DNA of 64,000 nt from an uncultured Gammaproteobacteria bacterium (GTDB lineage: Bacteria > Patescibacteriota > Microgenomatia > Daviesbacterales > UBA10151), in NCBI GenBank assembly GCA_964362195.1, contig CAYICZ010000001.1:3486-67485 (forward strand), in the 5' to 3' direction. The position numbers were made by a program, and so were the translations under genes. The notes beneath the pieces are model-generated. The model was not told where the DNA came from, did no database searches, and saw only the letters and a list, made by a program, of their open reading frames with translations. Of this stretch, positions 1-10,031 are shown piece after piece. The stretch's first letter is position 1; each line of letters starts with the position of its first letter.

Positions 1-1971
1 ACTCATTGGTCCAGGTCTGTATAGAGCAACCATTGCCTGAATATCAAAGATGTTGGTTGGTTTCAGTTCCATTAAATAACGCGTCATACCAGATCCCTCC
101 ATCTGAAAAACTCCTATTGTTTCACCTTTTGCCAGAAGATCAAAAGCTTTTTTGTCTTTAGGGGGAATTTTATTAAGGTCAACATCAATAGCTCTATTTT
201 CCTTTACAAATTCCACTGCTTTTCCCAAAATTGAAAGGTTTCTGATGCCCAATAGGTCCATTTTAACCAACCCCGCATCTTCCACTGCAAACATATCATA
301 TTGAGAAACTAACTTATCACCATCTGATTCAGGCTGAAGAGGAGTGAAGCGGGTAATATCATCCGGCGCTATCACAACTCCAGCCGCATGTATTGAGGCA
401 TGTCTGACTGTTCCCTCAATCTTAATTGCTAAATCGAGTATTTTTTTTACCTGAGGACTATTTTTATACATTTCAGACAAATCAGGTACCTCCCTTATAG
501 CATCGGAGAGCGGCTTATGAAATCCCTGATGAGGGGGAGGGATCAACTTGGCAATCTTATCTACCTCTCCATAAGTCGTACCTAAAACCCGGCCAATGTC
601 CCTTATTGCAGCCCTTCCCATCATTGTTCCAAAAGTCACAATATGAGCAACCCTATCTTCACCATATTTATCCATCACATATCTGATAACCTCATCCCGA
701 CGATCATCCGCAATATCACAATCTATATCAGGCAGAGTTGGCCGCTGGACAGTTAAAAACCGCTCAAATGGAAGCAAATAATCAAGCGGGTTTAAATTAG
801 TAACTCCTAAGCAATAAAGCACCATTGATCCGGCAGCAGAACCTCTGGTGTTTGTAATAATACCTCTCTGATGTGCCCATTCAATAAAATCAAACACCAC
901 CAAAAAATAATCCGCATATTTTTTCTGCTCAATAACAGACAACTCATACTCCAGTCTTTCTTTAATTTTACTTGTCATCTTAAACCGCAAATCTGCCCGA
1001 CCATAAGTTAACTCTCTTAAATATTCCATCGATGTTTTCCCTGAAGGGGTTTGGAATACCGGGAAACGGGCTACACCCAATGGTATTTCTATATCAACCA
1101 TGTCTGCAATTTTGGCTGTGTTTTCCAAAGCTTCAGGTATATCTTTAAAATTTTCCAGCATTTCATCAACGCTTTTTAAAAAGTAATCCGGGGTGTCAAT
1201 CATCCGTAGTCTTTTTGTTTCTGATAAAAATTTGCCGGTTTGAATACAAAGCAGTGCATCCTGAGCCTCTGCATCTTCTTGTTTAATATAGTGAAAATCA
1301 TTTGTGGCCACAATTTTTATGCCCATTTTGTATGATAATTCAATAACAGCTTTTTTTGTTTGATTTTGGATATCAAGAAGTCTTCGCACATCTCGCTTTA
1401 TTACCTCATCTTCTGCAAGGTCCAGCGATTCCTGATAAGGGTGATGCTGCAGTTCAAAATAAAAATCTTCTCCAAAAATTTCTCTATAACTTTCAGCTAC
1501 TTCCTCTGCTTTTTTTATATCTTTATCTGTAAGTGTTCTTATAAACTCACCGGAAGGACATCCAGACAGTGCTATTAAACCTTCGCAGTGTTGTTTGAGT
1601 AGCTTTTTATCCACTCTAGGTCGGTAATAATACCCTTCACAATGAGCAATTGTGGTTAATTTCATTAGGTTTAAATAACCCTGGTAATTCTTTGCTAAAA
1701 CAGTTAAATGAAATGGTTCTGCATCTAACTTTCCTTCTTTATCCAGATGAGAACGCTTGGCCACATACATCTCTACCCCGATAATTGGTTTTATTCCGGC
1801 TGCTTTGCATTCTTTGTAAAATTCAATTGCCCCATACATTACCCCATGATCTGTCATGGCGATTGCATCCATTCCTAACTCTTTAACTCTTTTTACAAGC
1901 TCCGGGATTTTTGATAATCCATCAAGAAGTGAGTACTCTGTGTGACAGTGAAGGTGAACAAATCTGCTCAT
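1..1971 (-). CDS. dnaE: DNA polymerase III alpha subunit DnaE, N-terminal part (PHP domain onward). The C-terminal part lies beyond the window start (5' partial).
   Basis: Minus-strand translation from ATG at 1969-1971 reads MSRFVHLHCHTEYSLLDGLSKIPELVKRVKELGMDAIAMTDHGVMYG... (a PHP-domain His/Asp signature) and stays open to position 1 (657 codons). It was missed by the ORF track because it runs off the edge. Confidence 0.8.
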   Translation of the reverse strand, partial: MSRFVHLHCHTEYSLLDGLSKIPELVKRVKELGMDAIAMTDHGVMYGAIEFYKECKAAGIKPIIGVEMYVAKRSHLDKEGKLDAEPFHLTVLAKNYQGYLNLMKLTTIAHCEGYYYRPRVDKKLLKQHCEGLIALSGCPSGEFIRTLTDKDIKKAEEVAESYREIFGEDFYFELQHHPYQESLDLAEDEVIKRDVRRLLDIQNQTKKAVIELSYKMGIKIVATNDFHYIKQEDAEAQDALLCIQTGKFLSETKRLRMIDTPDYFLKSVDEMLENFKDIPEALENTAKIADMVDIEIPLGVARFPVFQTPSGKTSMEYLRELTYGRADLRFKMTSKIKERLEYELSVIEQKKYADYFLVVFDFIEWAHQRGIITNTRGSAAGSMVLYCLGVTNLNPLDYLLPFERFLTVQRPTLPDIDCDIADDRRDEVIRYVMDKYGEDRVAHIVTFGTMMGRAAIRDIGRVLGTTYGEVDKIAKLIPPPHQGFHKPLSDAIREVPDLSEMYKNSPQVKKILDLAIKIEGTVRHASIHAAGVVIAPDDITRFTPLQPESDGDKLVSQYDMFAVEDAGLVKMDLLGIRNLSILGKAVEFVKENRAIDVDLNKIPPKDKKAFDLLAKGETIGVFQMEGSGMTRYLMELKPTNIFDIQAMVALYRPGPMS

Positions 1972-2032
1972 ATTTTTGTCCTACTACACCGGGCTGCAAA
2001 TGAGTCACCGGAATATATACGACTTACTTAAT

Positions 2033-3328
2033 TTAAAGGAGTTTTTTCAGTATTTCAAGTGCCAATCGGGCATCTGCCTTACCTTTTGATAATCTCATTA
2101 CCCCACCGATTAAAACTTGAAGTGCCGCTTCCTTACCGGCTTTATAATCCTCTGCAGATTTTTTATTCTCTTCTATTGCTTGTTTAGCCAAAGCTCTCAA
2201 TTCCTCTTCGCTATCTATAACTCCCACTTTTTTGCCCTTAATTTCTTTTATTATTTGTGTTGGAAGAACAGAATTTATGTCTGGTTTTTTATTAATAATA
2301 TAGTTAGCAACATCTTGTGCCGAAACACCAGGCTCTAAAACACTTTCAAAAAATTCTGCTAATTTTTTGTCCACAGAAAGGATTTGTGCATCTGCTTTTC
2401 TAATTCCTAACTCTTCCTCAAATCTCTTACTCTTTTCCCAAGGCAACTCTGGAATTTGAGATTTTAGAATTGTCAATTGTCCATTGTCAATTGTCAATTG
2501 AGGAAGATCCGGTTCGGGAAAGTAGCGGTAATCATGAGCTTCTTCTTTGCTCCTTTGTAAATATGTGCTCTTTTGCTCCTCATCCCATCCTCTTGTTTCC
2601 TGAGAAAGTTTCTCTTCTTTCTCTATTGCGGCAATTTGGCGTTTAATTTCAAACTCAACAGCTGCCACCATAAACCTAAAACTATTTATATTTTTAAGTT
2701 CTACCCTATAATTAGGTAAGCCACTTTCCCCTTCACGCTTTACGCTTATATTAGCCTCAAGTCTCATATCCCCACGTTCCATGTCTGCATTAGAAACCCC
2801 TAAATATCGAAAAAGTTGTTGCAACTTTTTGGCATAATCTCTTATCTGCTCTACATTATTAAAATCCGGCTCAGTTACTATTTCTACCAAAGGCACACCT
2901 GATCTATTAAAGTCTACTAGAGTAATTCCATCTTTGTGGGTTAACTTACCCGTATCTTCTTCCTGATGAGCCCTATTAATTCTTATTACTTGTCCATTGT
3001 CCAATGTCAATTCTCCATTAATACACAAAGGCCATCTGTATTGAGAAATCTGATAGCCTTTAGGTAAATCCGGGTAAAAATAGTTTTTTCGCTCAAACAG
3101 AGATTTCTTGGAAATCTCACAATTTAGCGCTAAACCTATTTTTATACAATCATCTATAGCTTGCTCGTTTATATAAGGAAGAGCTCCAGGAAGGCCTAGA
3201 CATACCGAGCATGTGTGGGTATTTGGCTCTTTGCCAAAATAATCAGCAGAACACCTGCAAAACATTTTGCTTTTTGTATTCAATTCTACATGAACTTCCA
3301 ATCCAATTACAGGTTCGTATTTGTTCAT
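2033..3328 (-). CDS. gatB: Asp-tRNA(Asn)/Glu-tRNA(Gln) amidotransferase subunit B
   Basis: [32 protein letters not shown]... is a typical GatB N-terminus. The preferred start is the internal Met at 3326-3328, where its ATG overlaps the gatA stop as ATGA. Confidence 0.9.
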   Translation of the reverse strand: MNKYEPVIGLEVHVELNTKSKMFCRCSADYFGKEPNTHTCSVCLGLPGALPYINEQAIDDCIKIGLALNCEISKKSLFERKNYFYPDLPKGYQISQYRWPLCINGELTLDNGQVIRINRAHQEEDTGKLTHKDGITLVDFNRSGVPLVEIVTEPDFNNVEQIRDYAKKLQQLFRYLGVSNADMERGDMRLEANISVKREGESGLPNYRVELKNINSFRFMVAAVEFEIKRQIAAIEKEEKLSQETRGWDEEQKSTYLQRSKEEAHDYRYFPEPDLPQLTIDNGQLTILKSQIPELPWEKSKRFEEELGIRKADAQILSVDKKLAEFFESVLEPGVSAQDVANYIINKKPDINSVLPTQIIKEIKGKKVGVIDSEEELRALAKQAIEENKKSAEDYKAGKEAALQVLIGGVMRLSKGKADARLALEILKKLL

Positions 3329-4683
3329 ATTTTTGGCTTCTCCTTTTTCCAATTAGTTGCTTGTTCATATGCATAGCCCACTTTTAAAATTGTTTCCTCA
3401 TCAAAATGTTTTCCCAAAATTTGTAAGCCAACCGGCAATCCATCTGAAAATCCACAAGGCACAGATAACCCTGGAATACCCGCCAGATTTGCCGAGATCG
3501 TGTAGATATCCTGCAGATACATAGTCAGGGGATCATCAATTTTCTCTCCTAAATTCCACGCTGTGGTGGGGGAGACCGGACCAACTATCACATCCACTTT
3601 TTCAAAAGCTTTTTCAAAATCCCCCTTTACTAAAGTCCTTACTTTGGCAGCTTTGGCATAGTAATCATCCCAGTAACCAGCAGACAGGGCATAGGTTCCC
3701 AGCATGATCCTTCTTTTAACCTCTGCTCCTATATTTTCTCTTCCTTTTCCATATCTAATTCCGTCAAACCTTGCCATATTAGAAGAAACCTCAGATGGAA
3801 CAATTATGTAATAAGCTGCCAGCGCATATTCACTATGCGGAAGACTTACTTCTACAATTTGCGCTCCCAAGCTTTCCAGCTTTTTGATTGCAACTTGAAC
3901 AATTTTTTTTACTTTTGGATCCAAACCTTCTCCAAAATACTCCTTTGGCACACCTACCTTTAATCCTTTAATTCCAGCCTGCAACCTCGGGGGTTGCATC
4001 GTAAACTTTTTACTCTTGCAATTTGAATCATAGCCGTCTGATCCTGAAATCCATTCCAAAACTAAAACAGCATCCTCTACTGATTTAGTTACCGGACCAA
4101 TTGAATCTAAAGATGAAGCCATAGCAATAAGCCCATATCTGGAAACCCGTCCATAACTTGTTTTTAAACCCACTACTCCACAAAGGGACGCCGGTTGTCT
4201 AATAGAACCGCCTGTATCAGAACCCAGGGAAAAAGTACAAAGATCCGCTGCTATTGCTGCTGCAGAACCGGCAGAAGACCCCCCGGGGACTTTTGTCAAA
4301 TCCCAGGGATTTTTTGTGGGACCAAATGCTGAATTTTCTCCGGATCCTCCCATAGCAAACTCATCATGATTTGTTTTCCCGATAATCGATATACCATTTT
4401 CCAATAAACGATTTATTACTGTTGCATTGTATGAAGGAATATAATTTTCTAAAACCTTTGATGCAGCAGTTGTCTTAATCCCTCTGGTGGAAATAACATC
4501 CTTGATTGCAGTTGGAATACCCTTTTTGCTCTCTAATGTTTCCAAATAGGCATTTAATTTAGGGTTAATACTTTTTATTCTTTCCAAATATGCTTTATTT
4601 AATTCTAGCTCAGAAAATTCTTTTTTTTCTAAAGCCTTTATTGTTTGAGTAAGAGTTAGAGAGGTTAAATCAGCCATTATCAA
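3325..4683 (-). CDS. gatA: Glu-tRNA(Gln) amidotransferase subunit A (amidase signature family)
   Basis: Carries the amidase signature [15 protein letters not shown] plus [12 protein letters not shown]. It sits between gatC and gatB in the order gatCAB. Confidence 0.9.
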   Translation of the reverse strand: MIMADLTSLTLTQTIKALEKKEFSELELNKAYLERIKSINPKLNAYLETLESKKGIPTAIKDVISTRGIKTTAASKVLENYIPSYNATVINRLLENGISIIGKTNHDEFAMGGSGENSAFGPTKNPWDLTKVPGGSSAGSAAAIAADLCTFSLGSDTGGSIRQPASLCGVVGLKTSYGRVSRYGLIAMASSLDSIGPVTKSVEDAVLVLEWISGSDGYDSNCKSKKFTMQPPRLQAGIKGLKVGVPKEYFGEGLDPKVKKIVQVAIKKLESLGAQIVEVSLPHSEYALAAYYIIVPSEVSSNMARFDGIRYGKGRENIGAEVKRRIMLGTYALSAGYWDDYYAKAAKVRTLVKGDFEKAFEKVDVIVGPVSPTTAWNLGEKIDDPLTMYLQDIYTISANLAGIPGLSVPCGFSDGLPVGLQILGKHFDEETILKVGYAYEQATNWKKEKPKI

Positions 4684-4963
4684 ACACTCCTTTTGTTACA
4701 AAAAATCCTCTTTCTTTTTTTGAAGCATTTTGCAAAACTTCTTCTTGCGGCAAAGAGGATTCTGTCTCATCTTTCCTCATCACATTTTCCTGCCCTGAAA
4801 CATTAAAAGTAGGCTCCACATCCTTTGTATCAACAGAATTAAGTTGATCCACATATTCTAAAATTTTAGAGAGTTGCTCAGAATAAAGTTCTTCTTCTTT
4901 ATCTGAAAGGGGCAAATTAGCCAGTTTAGCAACATGCTTTACTTGATCTTTAGTTAGTCTCAT
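4670..4963 (-). CDS. gatC: Glu-tRNA(Gln) amidotransferase subunit C
   Basis: 97 aa, [41 protein letters not shown], a GatC-like protein immediately upstream of gatA. Confidence 0.8.
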   Translation of the reverse strand: MRLTKDQVKHVAKLANLPLSDKEEELYSEQLSKILEYVDQLNSVDTKDVEPTFNVSGQENVMRKDETESSLPQEEVLQNASKKERGFFVTKGVFDNG

Positions 4964-5030
4964 GATATTGACATTTTAAATCTAATCCTTTATTATTATA
5001 TGGCAGTCTGGTAACAGATTGTTATCAACC

Positions 5031-5056
5031 GCCCGTTGTAAAAGACGGGCTTTTTT
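5031..5056 (+). terminator. Intrinsic-terminator-like hairpin GCCCGTTGTAAAAGACGGGC followed by a TTTTTT tract (plus-strand sense only)
   Basis: A perfect 6-bp GC-rich stem with an 8-nt loop, then a T6 tract. On the minus strand an A-tract precedes the hairpin and no U-tract follows it. The hairpin overlaps the stop of the frame-corrected NYN ORF. Confidence 0.3.
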
Positions 5057-5173
5057 ATGGCTTCTTTTCACTTCTTTCGATTTTACTCCTAATTTTGCGT
5101 AAATCCAAATAAAAATCCGCACTCTCAACTAATTCCTTAGCAACATGAAACTTAAGCGAAGCAACTACTACAG

Positions 5174-5611
5174 TTAATGAAAATCGCTATCACCGGAAAA
5201 AAGAATACAATTATCAAATAAGTCTAATCTTTTTATCACATCTACGGCAATTTCTACATCAAAATTGGCTTTGCGTAAATGTCCCCCATCTTTCCTATTT
5301 CTTATGAGCTTAAGATGCTTGGTAATAAGTTTATATCCAGTTCTTTTAAGAAATGTCAGAAAACCATCATGCTCTTTTGTATCAAATCTGGCTGTATAGA
5401 AACCTAAAAAGACTACTTTTATCTGGGTGTTTAACCATTCGGAAAGTTTTCTATAATCCACCTTGAATCCTAAATCTTTAGCAGAAAGTTCAAGATTTGC
5501 AGCATCAATAAAAATCGCAGTTTTACCTTTTAAATTTAAGTGAAATTCCTTTTTTACCACATGTTTTACTTTGTCCCGCCCCAGGTGGACTTGATCTTTA
5601 GATAATTTCAT
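5174..5611 (-). CDS. NYN/LabA-like (PIN-like) domain protein; the reading frame is interrupted at an A4/T4 homopolymer (see findings)
   Basis: Motifs TAIFIDAANL ... FDVEIAVDV ... ILFSGDSDFH are characteristic of NYN/LabA. The ORF stops right after SGDSDF, whereas the domain normally continues; the continuation is readable in the -1 frame from 5055 to 5180. Confidence 0.6.
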   Translation of the reverse strand: MKLSKDQVHLGRDKVKHVVKKEFHLNLKGKTAIFIDAANLELSAKDLGFKVDYRKLSEWLNTQIKVVFLGFYTARFDTKEHDGFLTFLKRTGYKLITKHLKLIRNRKDGGHLRKANFDVEIAVDVIKRLDLFDNCILFSGDSDFH

Positions 5612-5625
5612 ATAGGAGGATTATA

Positions 5626-6552
5626 CTAAACCTTACCTTCCATTTCGCGCAAAGCTTTAACTCTGGCCTCAATTGGAGGATGGGTGTTAAAAAGGCCGGC
5701 CAGCCACTGCTTAGCCTCGTGGCCTTTTAGCGGATTAATAATATAAAGATGAGCTGTTCCTCTGTTTGCCACTTCCAACGGTTCTCTATCTGCAGAAATT
5801 TTTTGTAAAGCACTAGCTAAACCTTGAGGATAACGGGTTAGTAATACTCCTGATGCATCTGCTAAAAATTCCCTTCTTCTGGATACTGCCAGCTGGATTA
5901 GAGTTGCCACGATTGGAGCCAGGATGGCGGCAATAATTGCCACAACCATAATTAAGCCACTGTTTTTATTATCATTATCCCGGTTTCCACCAAACCAGAG
6001 CGATCTCATGAAAAAATCAGAAAGCAAAGCGATCGTTCCCACCAGAACTGAAACCACTGCCATCACTAAAGTATCCCTATTCCCCACATGGGAAAGTTCA
6101 TGGGCAGTCACTCCTTCCAGTTCCTGTTTATTAAGCTTTTCTAAAATTCCTTTAGTAAAAGCAATGGCAGCATGCTTTGGATCACGCCCGGTGGCAAAAG
6201 CATTAGTGGCAGTGTCATCAATAATATAGATCTTTGGAGTTGGCAAACCTGCAGCTATACATAAGTTCTCCACTATTCTATAAACTTGGGGGTTATCTTT
6301 TTGTTGGATTGGTTTGGCTCCGGAAATTCCCAAAACAATCTTATCTGACCAAAAATAGGAAACAAAGTTCATAACTCCTGCCATAATCAGAGCAAATCCC
6401 ACAATGCCTAACCCCCCTACCTCACCATATCCAAACCCCTGGGCTATTACATAAATTACAGCCACAGTGAAAAGGCTGAAAAAAAACATAATCAACCACG
6501 TCTTAAAAACATTTGATCCAACATGATCCCAAGCAGTATTAATAGTAGCCAT
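5626..6552 (-). CDS. htpX: M48-family zinc metalloprotease HtpX homolog
   Basis: An N-terminal TM pair and the HEXXH motif HELSHVGNRD. The overall layout is HtpX-like. Confidence 0.8.
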   Translation of the reverse strand: MATINTAWDHVGSNVFKTWLIMFFFSLFTVAVIYVIAQGFGYGEVGGLGIVGFALIMAGVMNFVSYFWSDKIVLGISGAKPIQQKDNPQVYRIVENLCIAAGLPTPKIYIIDDTATNAFATGRDPKHAAIAFTKGILEKLNKQELEGVTAHELSHVGNRDTLVMAVVSVLVGTIALLSDFFMRSLWFGGNRDNDNKNSGLIMVVAIIAAILAPIVATLIQLAVSRRREFLADASGVLLTRYPQGLASALQKISADREPLEVANRGTAHLYIINPLKGHEAKQWLAGLFNTHPPIEARVKALREMEGKV

Positions 6553-6573
6553 AATGTGGATATTTTACCACTT

Positions 6574-6972
6574 TCACTTTTCAAACCAAAGCGGGGTTTT
6601 TGGATTAGATGTACCTTTGTAATTACAATAGATTTCGCAGTCTTTTTTAATATTTTTTATAGCTGTAAATGTAATTGTTTTATCTTTCCTGTTTATATCA
6701 TATTTGCAATTTGGATCTTTTGAGTGATTATATAAAGACCCATATCCTAAGACCAAAGCTACAAAGTCATCCATCCAAAAATAATACTCAAATAATAAAT
6801 TCCATCTTGTTTCAACTAAATCCGTAAATTCCAAAACCAGAATTGGCGCAACTTCAATAACTTCACCTTTTTTAATGTTTTTAGATGCAAATACTCCTCT
6901 TCCGGAATTTAGAATATGGGAATTACTAACGTAAACCTTAGAAGCTAACTTTAACATCAGCCTTTTCATCAT
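6574..6972 (-). CDS. SET-domain protein (putative protein lysine methyltransferase)
   Basis: [18 protein letters not shown] (a GxG SET-N motif), the pseudoknot motif YNHSKDPNC (NHSxxPN), and a C-terminal EIYCNYKG (an ELxxxY-like post-SET Tyr). The start was chosen at the internal Met to limit overlap with lemA. Confidence 0.65.
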   Translation of the reverse strand: MMKRLMLKLASKVYVSNSHILNSGRGVFASKNIKKGEVIEVAPILVLEFTDLVETRWNLLFEYYFWMDDFVALVLGYGSLYNHSKDPNCKYDINRKDKTITFTAIKNIKKDCEIYCNYKGTSNPKTPLWFEK

Positions 6973-7486
6973 CAGTGGCTTTGAAGAATTCTTCTTTTGT
7001 AAATCCAGACATAGATCCAATAAAACTTGAAGGGACTGTTTCCAGAGAATTATTTAAATCCAAAACATTGGTGTTATAAAACTGACGTGAAGCGGCAACC
7101 TTTGTTTCCGTATCTGAAAGTTCATCCTGAAGCTTGATAAAATTTTCCGAAGCCTTAAGATTTGGGTAATTTTCCGCTACGGCAAACAGAGATTTTAAAG
7201 CACCTGTTAACATATTATCCGCCTCGGCTGCTTCATGGGGATTTTTTGCACCCATTAAGGCTGTCCTGGCCTTTGTCACTTCTGTTAACACACCTTTTTC
7301 ATGCTTAACATAGCCTTTAACTGCTTCAACCAAATTCGGGATTAAAGAAGACCGTCTTTTTAGCTGAACATCAATCTGACTCCAAGCTTCCCTGACACGA
7401 TTACGAAGCGTTACCAAACTATTATAAGTAGTAAATAGCCACAGAACTAAAACTATAACAACACCAATAACAATATATATTTCCAT
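6938..7486 (-). CDS. lemA: LemA family protein
   Basis: N-terminal TM helix followed by [47 protein letters not shown], a LemA signature. Its ATG shares one nt with the upstream stop (TAATG). Confidence 0.8.
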   Translation of the reverse strand: MEIYIVIGVVIVLVLWLFTTYNSLVTLRNRVREAWSQIDVQLKRRSSLIPNLVEAVKGYVKHEKGVLTEVTKARTALMGAKNPHEAAEADNMLTGALKSLFAVAENYPNLKASENFIKLQDELSDTETKVAASRQFYNTNVLDLNNSLETVPSSFIGSMSGFTKEEFFKATDDEKADVKVSF

Positions 7487-9201
7487 TACCCTTTAATGTT
7501 AAACCATTTGGCAAATTCTGTCCAGTCCCAAGTGTTTATTATATCTTTTGCCTCAGCCCAACCACGCCTAGCAACAGACACTCCAAATTTCATATTATCC
7601 ATTTGTCCGATCTCATGTGCATCGGTATTAATTATGAACTTAACCTCATACTTTTTAGCCATTCTCACCAGATCATCCCTTAAATCCAGCCTGTTCGGAT
7701 AAGCATTAATTTCCAAAATCTTGCTATTTTTAGCAGCCAGTTTAAAAACTTGGTCCCAATTGACATCTGATGAATCCCTTTCATTAAGTAACCGGTTAGT
7801 TGGATGGGAAATAATATCAACATGAGGAGAGCTTAGCGCAGCCATTAATCTTTTGGTAATTACATCTTTCTTACCCCTATGCCCTGAATGAATACCGGCT
7901 ATTACATAATCTAAACTTTTTAAAACCTCATCAGGTACGCTCAAACTACCGTCCCCGAGAATGTCTATTTCGAGTCCATTTAGTACTCGAATACTATTTG
8001 TACTCTGTTTTAAAGATTGAATAAATTTTGTCCTCTTTTCTAAAGTAGCCTTAATTTTCTCTTTACTAAGATTAAAACTTGGAGAATGATCTGAAATTCC
8101 CACATATTCATATCCCAGTTGCTGTGCCTTCTTGATTACTTCTTTAATGGAATCTACACCCGAGCCGTGAGATGGTTTTTCTATAGGAAAATTAGAATGA
8201 AGGTGTAAATCACCTTTAATATCCTGAATATCTACTAACTTAGGCAGATTATTCGTCAGGGCAGCTTCAATTTCCCCTGTATCTTCTCTTATCTCAGGCG
8301 CAGGAACGTCCATCTTTAATAATCCATAAAGTTCTTCTTCTGTTTTGGTTTTAGTTGTTTCAGATAAAGATAATCCTTTCTTTTGAGCTTGTGTCCTTAA
8401 ATGAATATTATGGCTCTTGCTGCCTGTAAAATGCTGCAAAAGCGCTCCATAGGCCTCTGGTTTACCCACAAGTAAATCAGCTTGAATACCGCTTTGCAGA
8501 ATAACCGTGGCTTTATTTTCACCCTGGTCTAAAATCCTTATTACTGAAGGCATTTTTGCAAAATAATCAATGATCGCTTTAGGCTCATTTGAACTGACTG
8601 AGAAATCCAAATCACCAATAGTTGCCACCATTCTTCGCAAGGATCCTAAAGGATGAACCTGCAGGACATTTTTACTCTTTTTTAAATAATTCAGGATTTT
8701 ATCTGCCTGAACATAAGCATAAGGTAAGAGCATTCTATTTCCTTTTTGCCTTAATTCATGTAACCCTGACATTATATTTTGAGCTAACTTTGCGGAAAAC
8801 CCAGCTTTAACAAGCTCTCCCGACTTTAGCTTCTTTTTCAAGTCATCTAAATCTTTCACACCTAAATCAGAAATTTTTTCTGCGGTTTTTGGTCCCACTC
8901 CGGAAATATCCAGTAAATCAAAAACAACAGGCTTAATACCCTTCTCAACAGCCTCAAAGTGTTTTACTTTACCTGTTTTAAAAAGTTCATCCAAATATCC
9001 CTGAATTGAAGGTCCTAAGGCTGGCAGTTGCCCTAATTTATCTTCTTCCCATAAATCTTTAATTTCAACAGTAGATTGATCAATCGAATCTGCCGCATTT
9101 TCATAAGCCCTGATTTGAAAAATATTGCCATTTTTTTTAATAGTTAGGGCCGCAGCTACATTACGGAGTATTTTAGCAATTTTAGCATTGGATATTTCCA
9201 T
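7486..9201 (-). CDS. polX: DNA polymerase X family protein with C-terminal PHP phosphoesterase domain (PolX)
   Basis: N-terminal 8-kDa/HhH region ([29 protein letters not shown]), a pol-beta-like core, and a PHP domain (DLHLHSNFP...DGSG...GISDHSPSF). The start was moved to the Met at 9199-9201 because the longer ORF would overlap tRNA-Asp. Confidence 0.8.
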   Translation of the reverse strand: MEISNAKIAKILRNVAAALTIKKNGNIFQIRAYENAADSIDQSTVEIKDLWEEDKLGQLPALGPSIQGYLDELFKTGKVKHFEAVEKGIKPVVFDLLDISGVGPKTAEKISDLGVKDLDDLKKKLKSGELVKAGFSAKLAQNIMSGLHELRQKGNRMLLPYAYVQADKILNYLKKSKNVLQVHPLGSLRRMVATIGDLDFSVSSNEPKAIIDYFAKMPSVIRILDQGENKATVILQSGIQADLLVGKPEAYGALLQHFTGSKSHNIHLRTQAQKKGLSLSETTKTKTEEELYGLLKMDVPAPEIREDTGEIEAALTNNLPKLVDIQDIKGDLHLHSNFPIEKPSHGSGVDSIKEVIKKAQQLGYEYVGISDHSPSFNLSKEKIKATLEKRTKFIQSLKQSTNSIRVLNGLEIDILGDGSLSVPDEVLKSLDYVIAGIHSGHRGKKDVITKRLMAALSSPHVDIISHPTNRLLNERDSSDVNWDQVFKLAAKNSKILEINAYPNRLDLRDDLVRMAKKYEVKFIINTDAHEIGQMDNMKFGVSVARRGWAEAKDIINTWDWTEFAKWFNIKG

Positions 9202-9207
9202 CTCAAG

Positions 9208-9281
9208 CGGGACCAACCGGACTTGAACCGGCGACCTTCTGATTGACAATCAGACGCTCTAACCAACTGAGCTATGATCCC
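9208..9281 (-). tRNA. tRNA-Asp (anticodon GTC)
   Basis: Minus-strand GGGATCATAGCTCAGTTGGTTAGAGCGTCTGATTGTCAATCAGAAGGTCGCCGGTTCAAGTCCGGTTGGTCCCG folds as a cloverleaf with anticodon loop TTGTCAA. The 3' CCA is not encoded. Confidence 0.8.
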
Positions 9282-9325
9282 ATACGATCCCAGACTTGCA
9301 GTATTGTAACAAAACAAATACCCCC

Positions 9326-9355
9326 TTGACAATCAAGTTAATTTAGAATAAAAAT
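9326..9355 (+). promoter_or_regulatory. Putative sigma70-like promoter for the LysM gene: TTGACA, N17-18, TAAAAT
   Basis: TTGACA at 9326-9331 and TAAAAAT at 9349-9355, about 40 nt upstream of the ATG at 9396. A second TATAAT lies at about 9376. Confidence 0.3.
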
Positions 9356-9395
9356 GAAAAGTAATTTCTTGCCCCTATAATCCTGCTCAAGCGCT

Positions 9396-9998
9396 ATGGC
9401 TAGACCAAAAAAATCGATTGCAAAAACAACTGAAAATTATTTAGCTAGAGTTGAGGGTGAAATTCAATCTAACCAGTCCAAACTAAATATGGTCTTGGGG
9501 GCTTTAATTGTTTTGGTAGTGGGAATTTTAATTTTTAATTACTTTAACAAAAGTAGACCTGACTTAGGACCTGCACAAAGTACCACTTCAACAGATCAAC
9601 AGGATGTTGCTCCCGGTAACCTTCCCGGAAAATATACTGTTAAAGAAGGAGACACCTTATTTGATATAGCCAATACATATTATAATGATGGATATCAATA
9701 TAGTGAGATTGTCAAAACAAATAATTTAACAAATCCTGATACCATAGAAACCGGACAAGTCCTGGATATACCAAAACTGGAAAATGCCATTTTAACTCCA
9801 GTTATGCAAACTACTGATACGGAGTGGGGCCTAAAAATTACCGAAAATACATACACCGTGCAAGAGGGCGATTGGTTATCAACAATTGCGGGAAGAGCTT
9901 ACGGTGATATTTATGCTTATAGCAAAATTGCCCAAGCCAACAATATCCCTGATCCTGATAACATTGAAGTCGGTACAGTTCTCACTATCCCCAGATAA
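9396..9998 (+). CDS. LysM-domain protein (two LysM repeats), N-terminal membrane anchor
   Basis: YTVKEGDTLFDIANTYYNDGYQYSEIVKTNNLTNPDTIETGQVLDIP and YTVQEGDWLSTIAGRAYGDIYAYSKIAQANNIPDPDNIEVGTVLTIP are canonical LysM domains. The N-terminus has a TM helix. Confidence 0.8.
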   Translation: MARPKKSIAKTTENYLARVEGEIQSNQSKLNMVLGALIVLVVGILIFNYFNKSRPDLGPAQSTTSTDQQDVAPGNLPGKYTVKEGDTLFDIANTYYNDGYQYSEIVKTNNLTNPDTIETGQVLDIPKLENAILTPVMQTTDTEWGLKITENTYTVQEGDWLSTIAGRAYGDIYAYSKIAQANNIPDPDNIEVGTVLTIPR

Positions 9999-10031
9999 AC
10001 TGTTTTTGCTACAATATTCAAGTAGCAAAAC

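Noticed and set aside
1360-1578. Plus-strand 72-aa ORF near the window start.
   Set aside because: It falls inside the minus-strand dnaE coding region, which was missed by the track only because it runs off the window edge.
2117-2338. Antisense ORFs from the six-frame track. Examples: 2117-2338, 5924-6229, 7496-7702, 17224-17463, 25908-26540, 27159-27710, 35335-35730, 35930-36379, 57089-57349, 60696-60962.
   Set aside because: All lie entirely inside strongly supported genes on the opposite strand and have low-complexity or hydrophobic composition typical of shadow ORFs in AT-rich DNA. None has a recognisable motif.
2461-2500. Tandem-looking repeat GTCAATTGTCCATTGTCAATTGTCAATTG (and a related copy near 2990-3012) that resembles a short repeat array.
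   Set aside because: It is in frame within gatB and encodes conserved GatB peptide segments ([12 protein letters not shown] and [10 protein letters not shown]). It has no CRISPR-like architecture, spacers or leader.
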